DNA from: an uncultured virus (IMG/VR IMGVR_UViG_3300031772_000008)
Taxonomy: Duplodnaviria > Heunggongvirae > Uroviricota > Caudoviricetes
Strand: one strand, 5' to 3'
Length of the DNA: 64,000 nucleotides
Virus record (IMG/VR): IMGVR_UViG_3300031772_000008
A model generated the notes under the pieces. That model saw only the letters and a program-made list of their open reading frames with translations, was not told the DNA's origin and ran no database searches. Position 1 is the stretch's first letter. Every line of letters begins with the position of its first letter. Positions 1-8,560 of the stretch are shown here, one piece after another. Position numbers and translations under genes: made by a program.

Positions 1-29
1 GTCGGTACATTATAGTCTCCTTTTCTTTT

Positions 30-704
30 TTACTCTAATCCCAGCATCTCAATTAAGTGCTTCGATTGAGCAGCCGCATCCCATGCCGCACCCCATGCCG
101 CAGCCCTTGCCGCATCCCATGCCGCACCCCATGCCGCACCCCATGCCGCAGCCCTTGCCGCATCCCATGCCGCACCCCATGCCGCAGCCCTTGCCGCATC
201 CCATGCCGCACCCCATGCCGTAGCCCTTGCCGCATCCCATGCCGCACCCCATGCCGCATCCCATGCCGCAGCCCTTGCCGCAGCCAACTCGTCATCAGTT
301 GCAAGTCCATTGGCATATTTCTCAGCCACAACAACAGCGTTACGGCTTCGTTCATCAGTCAATAAGTGCCATATCTGACGAACACACCAGCAAGCGAACA
401 GTCTCAGGTTCTTATCGTTCCATGTCTCGACCTGGCGCAATAACCTTACCTGTCTGCAAGCAACCTTATCATCCCCGACCAATATCTTCCCCTTCGTTTC
501 AGCCTCAAATAACTGATTTCCTTGACACCAAGTTAGTAAGTGAGCTGCATACGTCAGATGGTAGCCTTTGTTGCACAACACCAACTTGCCCGCTATCTTT
601 GGTGTCCATAGACCAGGTTGACCATCTTTAGGTAGGTATGGTGTCCAATCCATATCACTACCTACGCACGAATGATTGTTGTCTAGTACCTTGTAATATT
701 TCAT
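30..704 (-). CDS. Phage protein with C-terminal AAWDAARA/AAWG repeat tract
   Basis: ATG at 704 preceded by AAGGAG. LRLFACWC..DERSRNAV..AE helical domain followed by an Ala/Trp tandem repeat, a common phage family of unknown function. Confidence 0.8.
   Translation of the reverse strand: MKYYKVLDNNHSCVGSDMDWTPYLPKDGQPGLWTPKIAGKLVLCNKGYHLTYAAHLLTWCQGNQLFEAETKGKILVGDDKVACRQVRLLRQVETWNDKNLRLFACWCVRQIWHLLTDERSRNAVVVAEKYANGLATDDELAAARAAAWDAAWGAAWDAARATAWGAAWDAARAAAWGAAWDAARAAAWGAAWGAAWDAARAAAWGAAWDAAAQSKHLIEMLGLE
73..283. repeat. Coding tandem repeat with 12-bp period (GCCGCA-CCCCAT/TCCCAT/GCCCTT)
   Basis: Directly visible; encodes AAWD/AAWG/AARA on the minus strand. Confidence 0.95.
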
Positions 705-762
705 ATAGTCTCCTTGGGGCGGCTTAGTCGCCATCGCCGCCCCAGCATCGGATCATTTTATA

Positions 763-1341
763 CTAGGCGACTTTCTCCAATTTGGTCACTTTATCAGGCT
801 TCCCGTCAGCCTTCCTGATAAAAGTGGCTTTGTAACCCTTGAGGTCGTACTCTTTGCCCTCAAGTTTCCCAACTGGGATGCCGGCCTGTACTAATACTTC
901 ATCCCAGACGGTCACTCCGTATTTCATCCACATTCCACCCTTCACTCTGTAATACTTCTTCCCATTTGTTAAAGTTACTAACAGTTTCTCGGTATCGTAG
1001 AAGTCACTTTGGGTTGAAACAACACCCTCTGATGCTGGAACATTAGCCATCTCAGTTACAATAGCATCAACTAGAGTTGGCACAGGAAGAGTAGCCGCAG
1101 GTGTTTCGTATGCATTCTTTCCTACCTGTTTCGCTAAACCACCCAAAGAATGAATGTGAGCCGTTGCTTCTAATGCAGATTTGATATGGGCTTGGACTTG
1201 TTCTAAACTCAGTATCCCTCTGATCGTAGTCTGAAGATTAAAGACTTGAGATTGAGTTTCATAGGTCCAATAAAAATTGGTCGATGCCTGTTCAGGGTTA
1301 TCGATTGTTACGGACTTTACCGTGCTGGTCTTATCGTCCAT
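763..1341 (-). CDS. Hypothetical protein
   Basis: ATG at 1341 with AGGAGG RBS and its own upstream promoter. Confidence 0.75.
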   Translation of the reverse strand: MDDKTSTVKSVTIDNPEQASTNFYWTYETQSQVFNLQTTIRGILSLEQVQAHIKSALEATAHIHSLGGLAKQVGKNAYETPAATLPVPTLVDAIVTEMANVPASEGVVSTQSDFYDTEKLLVTLTNGKKYYRVKGGMWMKYGVTVWDEVLVQAGIPVGKLEGKEYDLKGYKATFIRKADGKPDKVTKLEKVA

Positions 1342-1367
1342 GATTACACCTCCTAGTGTATGGTGCA

Positions 1368-1395
1368 ATTGTACCACAATAGCAATAGATGTCAA
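1368..1395 (-). promoter_or_regulatory. Sigma70-type promoter TTGACA-N16-TACAAT
   Basis: Near-consensus hexamers with an extended -10 TG, upstream of the RBS of 763..1341. Confidence 0.7.
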
Positions 1396-1464
1396 GTATT
1401 CTAATGTTCCTACACTTCCAGTTATTTAATCTATGTGATAGAATTACATTCCCCAAGGAGACAT

Positions 1465-1692
1465 ATGGACCCACAGTTAATCCAATCCAGGACTGTTATA
1501 ATCGCTGACCTGAACAAACTGAACGTAGAGTTATCTATTAAGGCAGCGATTGATTATTACAGGACTCTGTATGGCGAGCCTCGAAGAGTGTGGATAAATC
1601 CAAAAGATTGTGATGATAAAATACAAGAGGTAGATGGGTTCAAAATAGAGAGGCGCGGTGGTTGCTGTCGAGGCAAAGTTATGATTCTATGA
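1465..1692 (+). CDS. Hypothetical protein
   Basis: AAGGAG RBS, ATG at 1465; stop overlaps the primase start (ATGA). Confidence 0.65.
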   Translation: MDPQLIQSRTVIIADLNKLNVELSIKAAIDYYRTLYGEPRRVWINPKDCDDKIQEVDGFKIERRGGCCRGKVMIL

Positions 1693-2687
1693 GAGAAGAT
1701 ACGCTTCCTTCTGAGTTCGCTGAATTGTCTGGTAGAGTAAACTTTGTCCACCGCAAAGGTCAGTACGAATATTCTTCAAGTTGCCCTAGGTGTGGGGGTG
1801 GGATACATTCTGATGGAGAATTTTCTGACAGGTTCGTTATGTTTTTACCAGGTAGAAAAGGGATGGACTTTGCCTTTGGGTTCTGTAGAAAATGCGGGAC
1901 GAAATGGTGGCCTGGGCAGAGAGATGGACGAGAGGTAGACCCTGCTACACTCGCTTTATTAGAAAGACAAGCCAAAGAAGCAGAGGAAAGACACAAGGAA
2001 GAACGCAGAGTTAAATTAGCACAGTTTAGTACAACTGAATTGTGGAATGAGCTACACGATAGACTAGGGATAGATGAAAGGAAGTGGTGGACTGACAATG
2101 GCATCCCCTCAGAGTGGCAAGATTACCTTAAGCTTGGTTACACACCAGATAAAATTTACCAAAGTATTAATGGGCTACTTCACAGCCCAGCTTACACCAT
2201 CCCATACTTTATTTACGGCTTTGTATTTCGGACTATACAATATAGGTTATGTGATCCTGATAATCCCAAGGATAGGTACAGGTTTGAGTCTGACCTTGGA
2301 ACTTCATACTATATGACAACACCGTCATTAAAGATAGGCGACCAAGTTATTATTTGCGAGGGGGCGAAGAAAGGAATGGTCACTAAGATATGGGGGGAAA
2401 ATAAGACTACTGTATTAGCAGTACCCAGTAAAACAGACTGGAGAAGTTGTGGAATATTAGAAGCAGTAAAGGATTGTGGAAGAGTGTATATTTTATTCGA
2501 CCCAGACTGTTATGAACAGCCACCTGATTCAAATAGCTGGACACCTCAACCAATATTATTTGCTAAAGAAATAGGAAAGAACGCAAGGGTGATGGAGTGC
2601 CCAGTAAAGGTAGATGATGCGTTTATATATTATGGAATGGATCAGAATGAATGGAACGCTTTGAAGAAACAAGCAGTGAAGTTATGA
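1689..2687 (+). CDS. DNA primase-like protein (Zn finger + TOPRIM)
   Basis: N-terminal CPRC...CRKC; ICEG motif and FDPD acidic motif typical of TOPRIM primases. Confidence 0.75.
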   Translation: MREDTLPSEFAELSGRVNFVHRKGQYEYSSSCPRCGGGIHSDGEFSDRFVMFLPGRKGMDFAFGFCRKCGTKWWPGQRDGREVDPATLALLERQAKEAEERHKEERRVKLAQFSTTELWNELHDRLGIDERKWWTDNGIPSEWQDYLKLGYTPDKIYQSINGLLHSPAYTIPYFIYGFVFRTIQYRLCDPDNPKDRYRFESDLGTSYYMTTPSLKIGDQVIICEGAKKGMVTKIWGENKTTVLAVPSKTDWRSCGILEAVKDCGRVYILFDPDCYEQPPDSNSWTPQPILFAKEIGKNARVMECPVKVDDAFIYYGMDQNEWNALKKQAVKL

Positions 2688-2866
2688 GTGGAATTTTTGT
2701 TACTGCGATCTATAATACCAGGCACGAGTATTGGTGTTTAGCAAGAGGAACAGAAACGTTTTACGATGAACATAGATTCTTGAGGACTTGGGAAACCAAG
2801 CAAGAAGCAATTGATTGGCTTAAAAATAATCACCCAGAATTTACATTGGTTGAAACTGATGATTGA
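2684..2866 (+). CDS. Hypothetical protein
   Basis: ATGA overlap with the primase stop. Confidence 0.55.
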   Translation: MSGIFVTAIYNTRHEYWCLARGTETFYDEHRFLRTWETKQEAIDWLKNNHPEFTLVETDD

Positions 2867-3308
2867 TTACATAAAACCGATTTACGGTAAACATCCTAGT
2901 AAAAAAATGATGTTCAAAGCAGAATGTGGAGGCTGCGGAAAACTATTAAGACGAAACGCGAGGAATAAAATAGGTTATATATGTTCGGAGTGCAGTCCCA
3001 GAATAAGACATGATAACGATTCAAGTGTTTGTTATGATTGTCCATTTGTAATAGATTGTACTGCTAGAGTTCAGTTAGGGTTATGGCTTCGTTGTGAAAC
3101 CCCAGATATTGCAGACTTAGAAAGGCTTAATTTTGCAGGAGGATTAGACGATGAAGGAGTTCGACGAGAGTTGGAAAGTACGATGGTCGGGAGAGGGGAT
3201 CGGAAGGTTCTGGAAAAGGCAGTTAGCCAAAGCGCGTCGAAGATATATCAAAGCTGTGTTGAGGGGGGAGAAAGGAAAATACCCATTCAGATACGAGACA
3301 GAATGTAA
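2859..3308 (+). CDS. Cys-rich (Zn-binding) hypothetical protein
   Basis: Several CxxC motifs; overlaps the previous gene. Confidence 0.6.
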   Translation: MIDYIKPIYGKHPSKKMMFKAECGGCGKLLRRNARNKIGYICSECSPRIRHDNDSSVCYDCPFVIDCTARVQLGLWLRCETPDIADLERLNFAGGLDDEGVRRELESTMVGRGDRKVLEKAVSQSASKIYQSCVEGGERKIPIQIRDRM

Positions 3309-3332
3309 CTGGAAAAATCACTAGGAGATGTT

Positions 3333-3518
3333 ATGGAAGATATTAAGTTTTCTTATTGCGTAAATTGCTACGAGCGTCAGGATTTTATTCTTGTGAACGG
3401 TGTGTGGATTTGTAAAACTTGCAATAAACCAATGCAAAGAGCCACGGAAAGAATAGATAAATCATTGACTAATACAAGCAGTTCAGGTACAATTGTAACA
3501 GGAGGCAACTATGGCTAA
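3333..3518 (+). CDS. Small Zn-ribbon protein
   Basis: AGGAG RBS; CVNC...CKTC. Confidence 0.6.
   Translation: MEDIKFSYCVNCYERQDFILVNGVWICKTCNKPMQRATERIDKSLTNTSSSGTIVTGGNYG
3465..3493 (+). promoter_or_regulatory. Promoter TTGACT-N17-TACAAT
   Basis: Near-consensus hexamers with 17-nt spacer; reads into a micro-ORF and an ncRNA cluster. Confidence 0.7.
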
Positions 3519-3549
3519 AAAAAAGAAGCCATGCAAGACAAAGAAATGA
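3511..3549 (+). CDS. Lys-rich micro-peptide MAKKKKPCKTKK
   Basis: AGGAGG RBS just downstream of a promoter; 12 codons, 7 of them Lys. Confidence 0.45.
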   Translation: MAKKKKPCKTKK

Positions 3550-3553
3550 TCTA

Positions 3554-3684
3554 TGGGCGGCGGTGTGGTTGGGAACACACAGGCAGAACCGTAATGTATG
3601 AACAATACTAATCGTCGCATTGTCTAAATAAAGGGAACACTTCTGGTGAAAAGCCCACATCAGGTTCGAATCCTGACCGCCCAT
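3554..3684 (+). ncRNA. tRNA-like RNA with enlarged anticodon domain
   Basis: Acceptor TGGGCGG(3554-60)/CCGCCCA(3677-83); D-arm GTGTG/CACAC; T-arm TCAGG-TTCGAAT-CCTGA; about 78 nt between the D and T arms. Confidence 0.7.
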
Positions 3685-3689
3685 TTTAT

Positions 3690-3920
3690 GCGCTCTATTT
3701 GTTTGGCGCTAGGCGAAGTAATCCTATATTACAACCAGACAAAGGTAAGGGACTAGCAACCGAGCGCGATGGGACTGCTTCGCTATTACATAGGGATGTA
3801 ACACGCATAGGAATAGCCCAACTGAAAGCACGAATGTGCCGTAGGTTGCGTGGCAAGGTGTCCTGCCAAAATTAAAACTATCGGGGTATAGGAGCAGGTG
3901 AAATGCCCCGAGCCTTGCCA
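3690..3920 (+). ncRNA. Structured (pseudoknotted) non-coding region
   Basis: Complementary pairs 3690-95/3762-67, 3698-3706/3735-43, 3713-27/3769-83, 3851-58/3913-20 and 3881-88/3904-11; no credible ORF. Confidence 0.5.
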
Positions 3921-3990
3921 AAGACTAACTTACCTGAAAAAGATTTGACAAAAAATGTCAATTTATGGTTACAAATAAAAAAGGAGACCA

Positions 3991-4173
3991 ATGAGTAAAC
4001 TAAGTATAGCCGCATTTTTATCTTTATTTCCAAACCTCAGTAAATCTTCAAAACATGATTGGGTGTTCAGTCATAAAAATATAAAACCGAGTGGAATTAC
4101 CAAACACAAACCAAAGCCGGGGCGCAATCATCCTGTTAAGGGATACGATCAAGAAAATCATAAATGGATTTAA
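3991..4173 (+). CDS. Small basic hypothetical protein
   Basis: AAGGAG RBS. Confidence 0.55.
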   Translation: MSKLSIAAFLSLFPNLSKSSKHDWVFSHKNIKPSGITKHKPKPGRNHPVKGYDQENHKWI

Positions 4174-4185
4174 AAAAGGAGATAA

Positions 4186-4839
4186 ATGGAAACAAATGAA
4201 AAGTTAGATCAGTTAGCAGAATTTCAGTCTCAGCGCGACTCGATTGAAATCGAAAAACGTGCGTTACTTGACGAGGTTAAAATACCATCCGAAGTCGAAG
4301 AAATTGTTGCTGAGGGCATGAAGAAAATGAGTGAGGTGGAAGAAACATTTTATCCAACCTTAGAATTACTCAAAGAAAAGACCGAAAAGAAACTGGCATT
4401 GATTGTCGTCCCTGACGAAATAAAAACTGCGCTTGCAGAAATTGATAGACAACGCGCCGAGATTATAGAGCATCAAACAAAAAATGAGGCAGAAATAGCA
4501 CAATGTATCCGTGCGGTCAAAGCTGAAATACAAGCCAATGTAGAGGCGAAAACAAAAGATATTTATGCTGCTATTGCCCAGCGTAAGGCTGAGATCGAAG
4601 TTGAGTTTTCCGGTAAGGCTGAAGCAGTTGATGAGAACATTAAGAAACTGACCGAGGAAATTAAATCTGACGTATTAACTATGGGTGTTTCAGTAAAAGG
4701 GAAATACTACCAGGGTATTTATGTAAAAGGACGCGTGACTTGGGATACTAGTAAAATGGATGGATATGCAGTTGGTCATCCAGAGGTTCTATTCATGCGC
4801 AAAGAAGGCGATCCATCTTGCACCATCAGGAAAATATAA
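4186..4839 (+). CDS. Coiled-coil hypothetical phage protein
   Basis: AAGGAG RBS; long E/K/A helical region and a C-terminal GRVTWD..GYAVGHPE motif. Confidence 0.75.
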   Translation: METNEKLDQLAEFQSQRDSIEIEKRALLDEVKIPSEVEEIVAEGMKKMSEVEETFYPTLELLKEKTEKKLALIVVPDEIKTALAEIDRQRAEIIEHQTKNEAEIAQCIRAVKAEIQANVEAKTKDIYAAIAQRKAEIEVEFSGKAEAVDENIKKLTEEIKSDVLTMGVSVKGKYYQGIYVKGRVTWDTSKMDGYAVGHPEVLFMRKEGDPSCTIRKI

Positions 4840-4926
4840 AAAGGAGATAAATGATATTCATTACAGTATCTACGATCAGCGTTGTTTTAGTTCTTTTTGT
4901 GGGGCTGTGCTGTTTACTGGCTTTAC

Positions 4927-4954
4927 TTGCACCCAGTCAGTAATGTGATATAAT
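4927..4954 (+). promoter_or_regulatory. Promoter TTGCAC-N16-(TG)TATAAT
   Basis: Consensus extended -10. Confidence 0.7.
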
Positions 4955-4962
4955 ATGGATGA

Positions 4963-5070
4963 TTCTAGGTACAGATAGTGTTTTTATTTACAGCTATAAC
5001 AGCCTCGGCTGATAGCAAGTGCGCCCGAACACTGTCTCTACCTAGAAGTAAAAACATGTTGGGCGCACTT
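4963..5070 (+). promoter_or_regulatory. A-B-C-A'-B'-C' structured leader, copy 1
   Basis: A 4963-82/A' 5028-47; C 5017-31/C' 5057-70; short B TTTAC/GTAAA; TTTTTATTT after A. Confidence 0.6.
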
Positions 5071-5079
5071 ATATTATCA

Positions 5080-5430
5080 ATTCCTTGCTCATAGGCGGAG
5101 CGGATAGGCGAGGATACATACGAACTGAGAGGAAACTCTCTAGGCAGAAACTGCTCCAACTGTTACTGTCGTAGACAACGACTGGTTTAACCTCAAGACA
5201 TTTTATATGCGCCTCGGACAAAGCAGGGAACAGCGAGGTTCGTCCCTAATAGGGATTAGCGAAAAGATGGTTGAACCGACTCCCACTCTGAAAGGAGTGA
5301 GAAACTCAAGTTCTTTCTTGCTTGGTTTATTTTTTTTTTGAACTTGTTTTTCGAAGGAGTCGCCAGGGCTGCCCTGGGAGAACTGTTTAAGTTCACCAGA
5401 GAAAGGTTAACGAATACGGTTAACAAACAA
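5080..5430 (+). ncRNA. Candidate large structured ncRNA upstream of replication genes
   Basis: Multiple hairpins, including GAGAG-GAAA-CTCTC (5127-40), CACTCT-GAAA-GGAGTG (5284-99), GACTCC/GGAGTC, CAAGTTC/GAACTTG and CCAGGG/CCCTGG; no plausible ORF. Confidence 0.5.
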
Positions 5431-5495
5431 TATAGTATACTTAATGCTACTAGATAGCAAGGGCAGTTCTATTCCCTAATACGGAAGGAGAATGT

Positions 5496-6053
5496 ATGAC
5501 ACAAACTATGACACGAGGAATCCGATTGGCGATTACTGAAACGCTTGCCAAGTATGGAATTGATAATGTAGTCCTGGATATGGAACTCACAAAAGTTATA
5601 ACTGATATTATCCAAACGAAACAACCCAAACGAACTTTAGAACAATTGAATAAGGAAACAGAGGATGCGTTTTTTGCATCTTTAGCGAGTAAATCATCTG
5701 GATACGAACAATTTCCAGAGGATATAAGACCTTATGCAGAAAAGTTCTGTACGTTATATAAGATAAAACCACCTATTAGACCTCACAAACAAAGAGAACG
5801 TAGTGAGTTTTCATTCTGGATAACATCTTTGCGTGAATTAATGGATGCCTGTGGTGAGTATGGTAGTGATCTATTAATTGAAATGCGCAAGGAATACGAG
5901 GGAGAGATGCAGGGAGGTCTTGCACCTTTTCGTGTGACAAGTCCTGCTAGTTTAGTGAAGTCTGCGCGTGGTAAAGCTGGTATGAAACGTCAGGGAATAA
6001 GTGGAACTATAAAGCAAGGTAAGCCTAAGTATCATTCTCTTCTGGATGTATGA
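5496..6053 (+). CDS. Hypothetical protein (possible replication organiser/helicase loader)
   Basis: GAAGGAG RBS; translationally coupled to dnaB. Function inferred from position only. Confidence 0.65.
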   Translation: MTQTMTRGIRLAITETLAKYGIDNVVLDMELTKVITDIIQTKQPKRTLEQLNKETEDAFFASLASKSSGYEQFPEDIRPYAEKFCTLYKIKPPIRPHKQRERSEFSFWITSLRELMDACGEYGSDLLIEMRKEYEGEMQGGLAPFRVTSPASLVKSARGKAGMKRQGISGTIKQGKPKYHSLLDV

Positions 6054-7051
6054 TGACTGATCCATTAGATATTATCTTTTCACCTGCACAAGTAGCAAGA
6101 GCCGGTACAGCATATATAGAAGCGCGTGCCTCGAATAAAACCGAAGGGATACCGTTCTATCTTCCTGCGATGGACGAGAAACTACTTCCTTTATTACCAG
6201 GTGAGTTACTAACAATCATTGGAAGACCTGGTGCAGGAAAGAGCGCGGTTTCGATGTACTGGGCGAGATCAAGGGCAAAGTGGTTGCAAGACAGAAATAT
6301 AGACGACCGTGTTGTGGTATTTTTAACTCTGGAGCAATCAGTGGAAGAACTCTACGCTTTCCACGTTGCCTCAGAAACAGGTATACCAGTAGATATTATG
6401 GCTAGAGGGCATCTTGATAAAGACCAGATAGAATTAGTAAGAAACTATGGGGTAAGGCGTTCTACGTTAAATTTATGGCTTATGGGACACTCAATTGAAA
6501 GACGCAAGAAAAGACCTCGTATTAATCTTACCAATATATCCGAATCTTTAACGCGTGTAGAAAATTGGGAAGAGCAGGGTAAAAGAGACCTTAAAATAGA
6601 CATGATATTTGTGGATTATTTGCAGAGAATTCCGTTTGAAGGAAGTCCAGAAAGTAAGGTTATTGGTATAGATGAGAACCTTAATAAGTTAAAAGATATG
6701 GCGTTGATGTTTGCGTGTCCAGTTGTTTGTGGAGTTCAAGCGAGAAGAGAAGTGGATGATAGAGACCCTGCTATTCCAGAACTAGCAGATGGGCAATGGT
6801 CTTCGAGCGTAGAACAAACCAGCGATAAGATTCTTTCAGTAGTGCGCCCGATAAAGTATAAGAAAGAGGGTGAAACATTTGGTAAAATGATAGTGCAGGG
6901 CAGAAATCAAATGTTACTATGTATATTAAAACAAAGACTGGGGGACAGCCCGTGGTTGATCTGGACAAGCTTTGACCCTCAGTACAATAGAATGATAGAT
7001 GCTGAGGTAAGAGATTATAATCTAACCGAGGAGGCTTGGAGTGATAAATGA
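6050..7051 (+). CDS. dnaB: Replicative DnaB-like helicase (RecA/SF4 domain)
   Basis: Walker A GRPGAGKS, FLTLEQS, Walker B IFVDYLQ, Q-ARR, SSSVEQTSD, KQRLG arginine finger. Confidence 0.92.
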   Translation: MMTDPLDIIFSPAQVARAGTAYIEARASNKTEGIPFYLPAMDEKLLPLLPGELLTIIGRPGAGKSAVSMYWARSRAKWLQDRNIDDRVVVFLTLEQSVEELYAFHVASETGIPVDIMARGHLDKDQIELVRNYGVRRSTLNLWLMGHSIERRKKRPRINLTNISESLTRVENWEEQGKRDLKIDMIFVDYLQRIPFEGSPESKVIGIDENLNKLKDMALMFACPVVCGVQARREVDDRDPAIPELADGQWSSSVEQTSDKILSVVRPIKYKKEGETFGKMIVQGRNQMLLCILKQRLGDSPWLIWTSFDPQYNRMIDAEVRDYNLTEEAWSDK

Positions 7052-7455
7052 ACGCTGAAGAAGTAAAGCAGGAAATCTTGTCTTGGATGAACCATGTACC
7101 ACCATTGAATGGATGTGCTATTCCAAGTGCTGGAGAGAGAGGCACAATAACAGGTTTGATGAACTATGCGTTAAAACTAGATGCGGATATGAGTATTGCA
7201 AATGACCGCAGAAGAACTGTGCTCGCATGGATTTTCAGGGATTTACTCAATAAACCAATGGCAGGTGCTATAAGTGCAAAAGAATTAAGTGACGAGATGT
7301 GGTGGGCCATGACAAAATGGGCTGACGTGCATCGAGATCAAGACACTGGTAAGTGGATGGGTAAGTTTGGATTCGAGGACGATGTAGTAACGTGTTTAAG
7401 GGCGATGGAATCCTGGGAGCATTTTATGAATAGTCAACTAGGGTTCGATGTATGA
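7048..7455 (+). CDS. Hypothetical protein
   Basis: Overlapping operon ORF. Confidence 0.65.
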   Translation: MNAEEVKQEILSWMNHVPPLNGCAIPSAGERGTITGLMNYALKLDADMSIANDRRRTVLAWIFRDLLNKPMAGAISAKELSDEMWWAMTKWADVHRDQDTGKWMGKFGFEDDVVTCLRAMESWEHFMNSQLGFDV

Positions 7456-7709
7456 AGAAAAAGAAAGATTTCAGTGTAGTGTGTCATGGATATAATGTTA
7501 AGTGTTCTCCTGTGGGGAGGCAGGAATACTCGAATTGTTATATTGAATCTGGAAGAGTTACCGGACATCCTACGGATACGATATACTTAAGAGTATGCAA
7601 CGATGAAATGCCTGAACCTTCGATACTTCTATTGCGTCCAGATGAAGCAAAGGCTATAATATGGGTGTTAAGTGGTGTGTTATGGTGTCAGGGAATGGAG
7701 AAGATTTAA
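7452..7709 (+). CDS. Hypothetical protein
   Basis: Overlapping operon ORF. Confidence 0.6.
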   Translation: MKKKKDFSVVCHGYNVKCSPVGRQEYSNCYIESGRVTGHPTDTIYLRVCNDEMPEPSILLLRPDEAKAIIWVLSGVLWCQGMEKI

Positions 7710-8482
7710 TGGATAAAATGCTTAATCTTGACGATATTATTTCAACTACGGACACGGATGAAGTAGTAAAATCTGTCCTTGAATCAGGGGAGTTTGACCC
7801 AACCAGGGAAGCCGGCAGTATTTTACCTTACTTGCGCAAGGTCTCGATAAACGATTTAGTCCCGTCTGAGTATCAAGACCAGTTAATGGCATTAGATTCG
7901 ACTCTCTCTTCGTGTTTTTGGCAGATTGGAGATATAACGGACACTTTAATTAATTCAGTAAACAGAGAAAGAAGTGCTGAACTGGGTAAGTTAGTATCGA
8001 ATACAGATATATTCTATGCGGTGGGTTATTTTTGCCATAGGGCAGCCAGGACTGTACGCAGTTATTATGAAAACTCAAGATTTTTCTCCCCAATAACCCG
8101 TGCTAAATACAACATCCCATACAGTGTATATGTTGTAGCGCGGTGGGTAAAAGACTGGGAATTGATGTTAAAACTAGCTGAGGACAATCCACAACTAACA
8201 TCTGAGGCAGTGCGGAATTTATATTATAAAACGATTGGTGAAGAACCGAATGTACGTCCAGAAAAATCTGAAACCGGAAGTGCTGAAACCGGAAGTGCTG
8301 ATGAAGAGCTTGAGGAAAGTGGTAAATATAAGGCAGTGCTATTAGCTAAGTTAGATCATGTTGTAGATGACTTAAGAAGTGTTCTTGACAGGATCAATCT
8401 TCCCACAAGTGTAAGAGTTAGGATTGGGGAAGTGTTATTAGAGATAAATGAAATAACATTGACGATTCGACGCGAGGTGTGA
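7709..8482 (+). CDS. Hypothetical protein (possible DNA-binding)
   Basis: GGAG RBS, TAATG overlap; FWQIGD motif and helical content. Confidence 0.7.
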   Translation: MDKMLNLDDIISTTDTDEVVKSVLESGEFDPTREAGSILPYLRKVSINDLVPSEYQDQLMALDSTLSSCFWQIGDITDTLINSVNRERSAELGKLVSNTDIFYAVGYFCHRAARTVRSYYENSRFFSPITRAKYNIPYSVYVVARWVKDWELMLKLAEDNPQLTSEAVRNLYYKTIGEEPNVRPEKSETGSAETGSADEELEESGKYKAVLLAKLDHVVDDLRSVLDRINLPTSVRVRIGEVLLEINEITLTIRREV

Positions 8483-8560
8483 TATAATAAATACGAGAAT
8501 GATTCTAGTCTCCTTACATTCTCAACACGGCACATAGAACCTCTGCTATGTGCCGTGTCT
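8459..8560 (+). ncRNA. Promoter + ~65-nt sRNA with anti-SD loop + hairpin/terminator
   Basis: TTGACG(8459)-N18-TATAAT(8483); hairpin GAGAATG/CATTCTC with loop ATTCTAGTCTCCTTA; 13-bp inverted repeat 8525-37/8546-58. Confidence 0.55.
8525..8558. terminator. Inverted repeat between convergent operons
   Basis: ACACGGCACATAG-N8-CTATGTGCCGTGT. Confidence 0.65.

Noticed and set aside
73..283. Possible CRISPR array
   Set aside because: Tandem coding repeat with no unique spacers; no cas genes in the window.
49..631. Alternative-frame ORFs (MGCGMGCG..., PCRTPCRS..., RHGMRQGL...)
   Set aside because: Shadows of the stop-free 12-bp coding repeat; they lack an RBS. The real gene is 30..704.
3554..3684. 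Canonical tRNA or tmRNA call
   Set aside because: No assignable 7-nt anticodon loop; too short for tmRNA and lacks the alanyl G3-U70 identity pair.
5019..5430. Group II intron (GTGCGCCCG 5'-like motif)
   Set aside because: No domain V or domain VI, and no reverse transcriptase; the motif is part of leader helix C.
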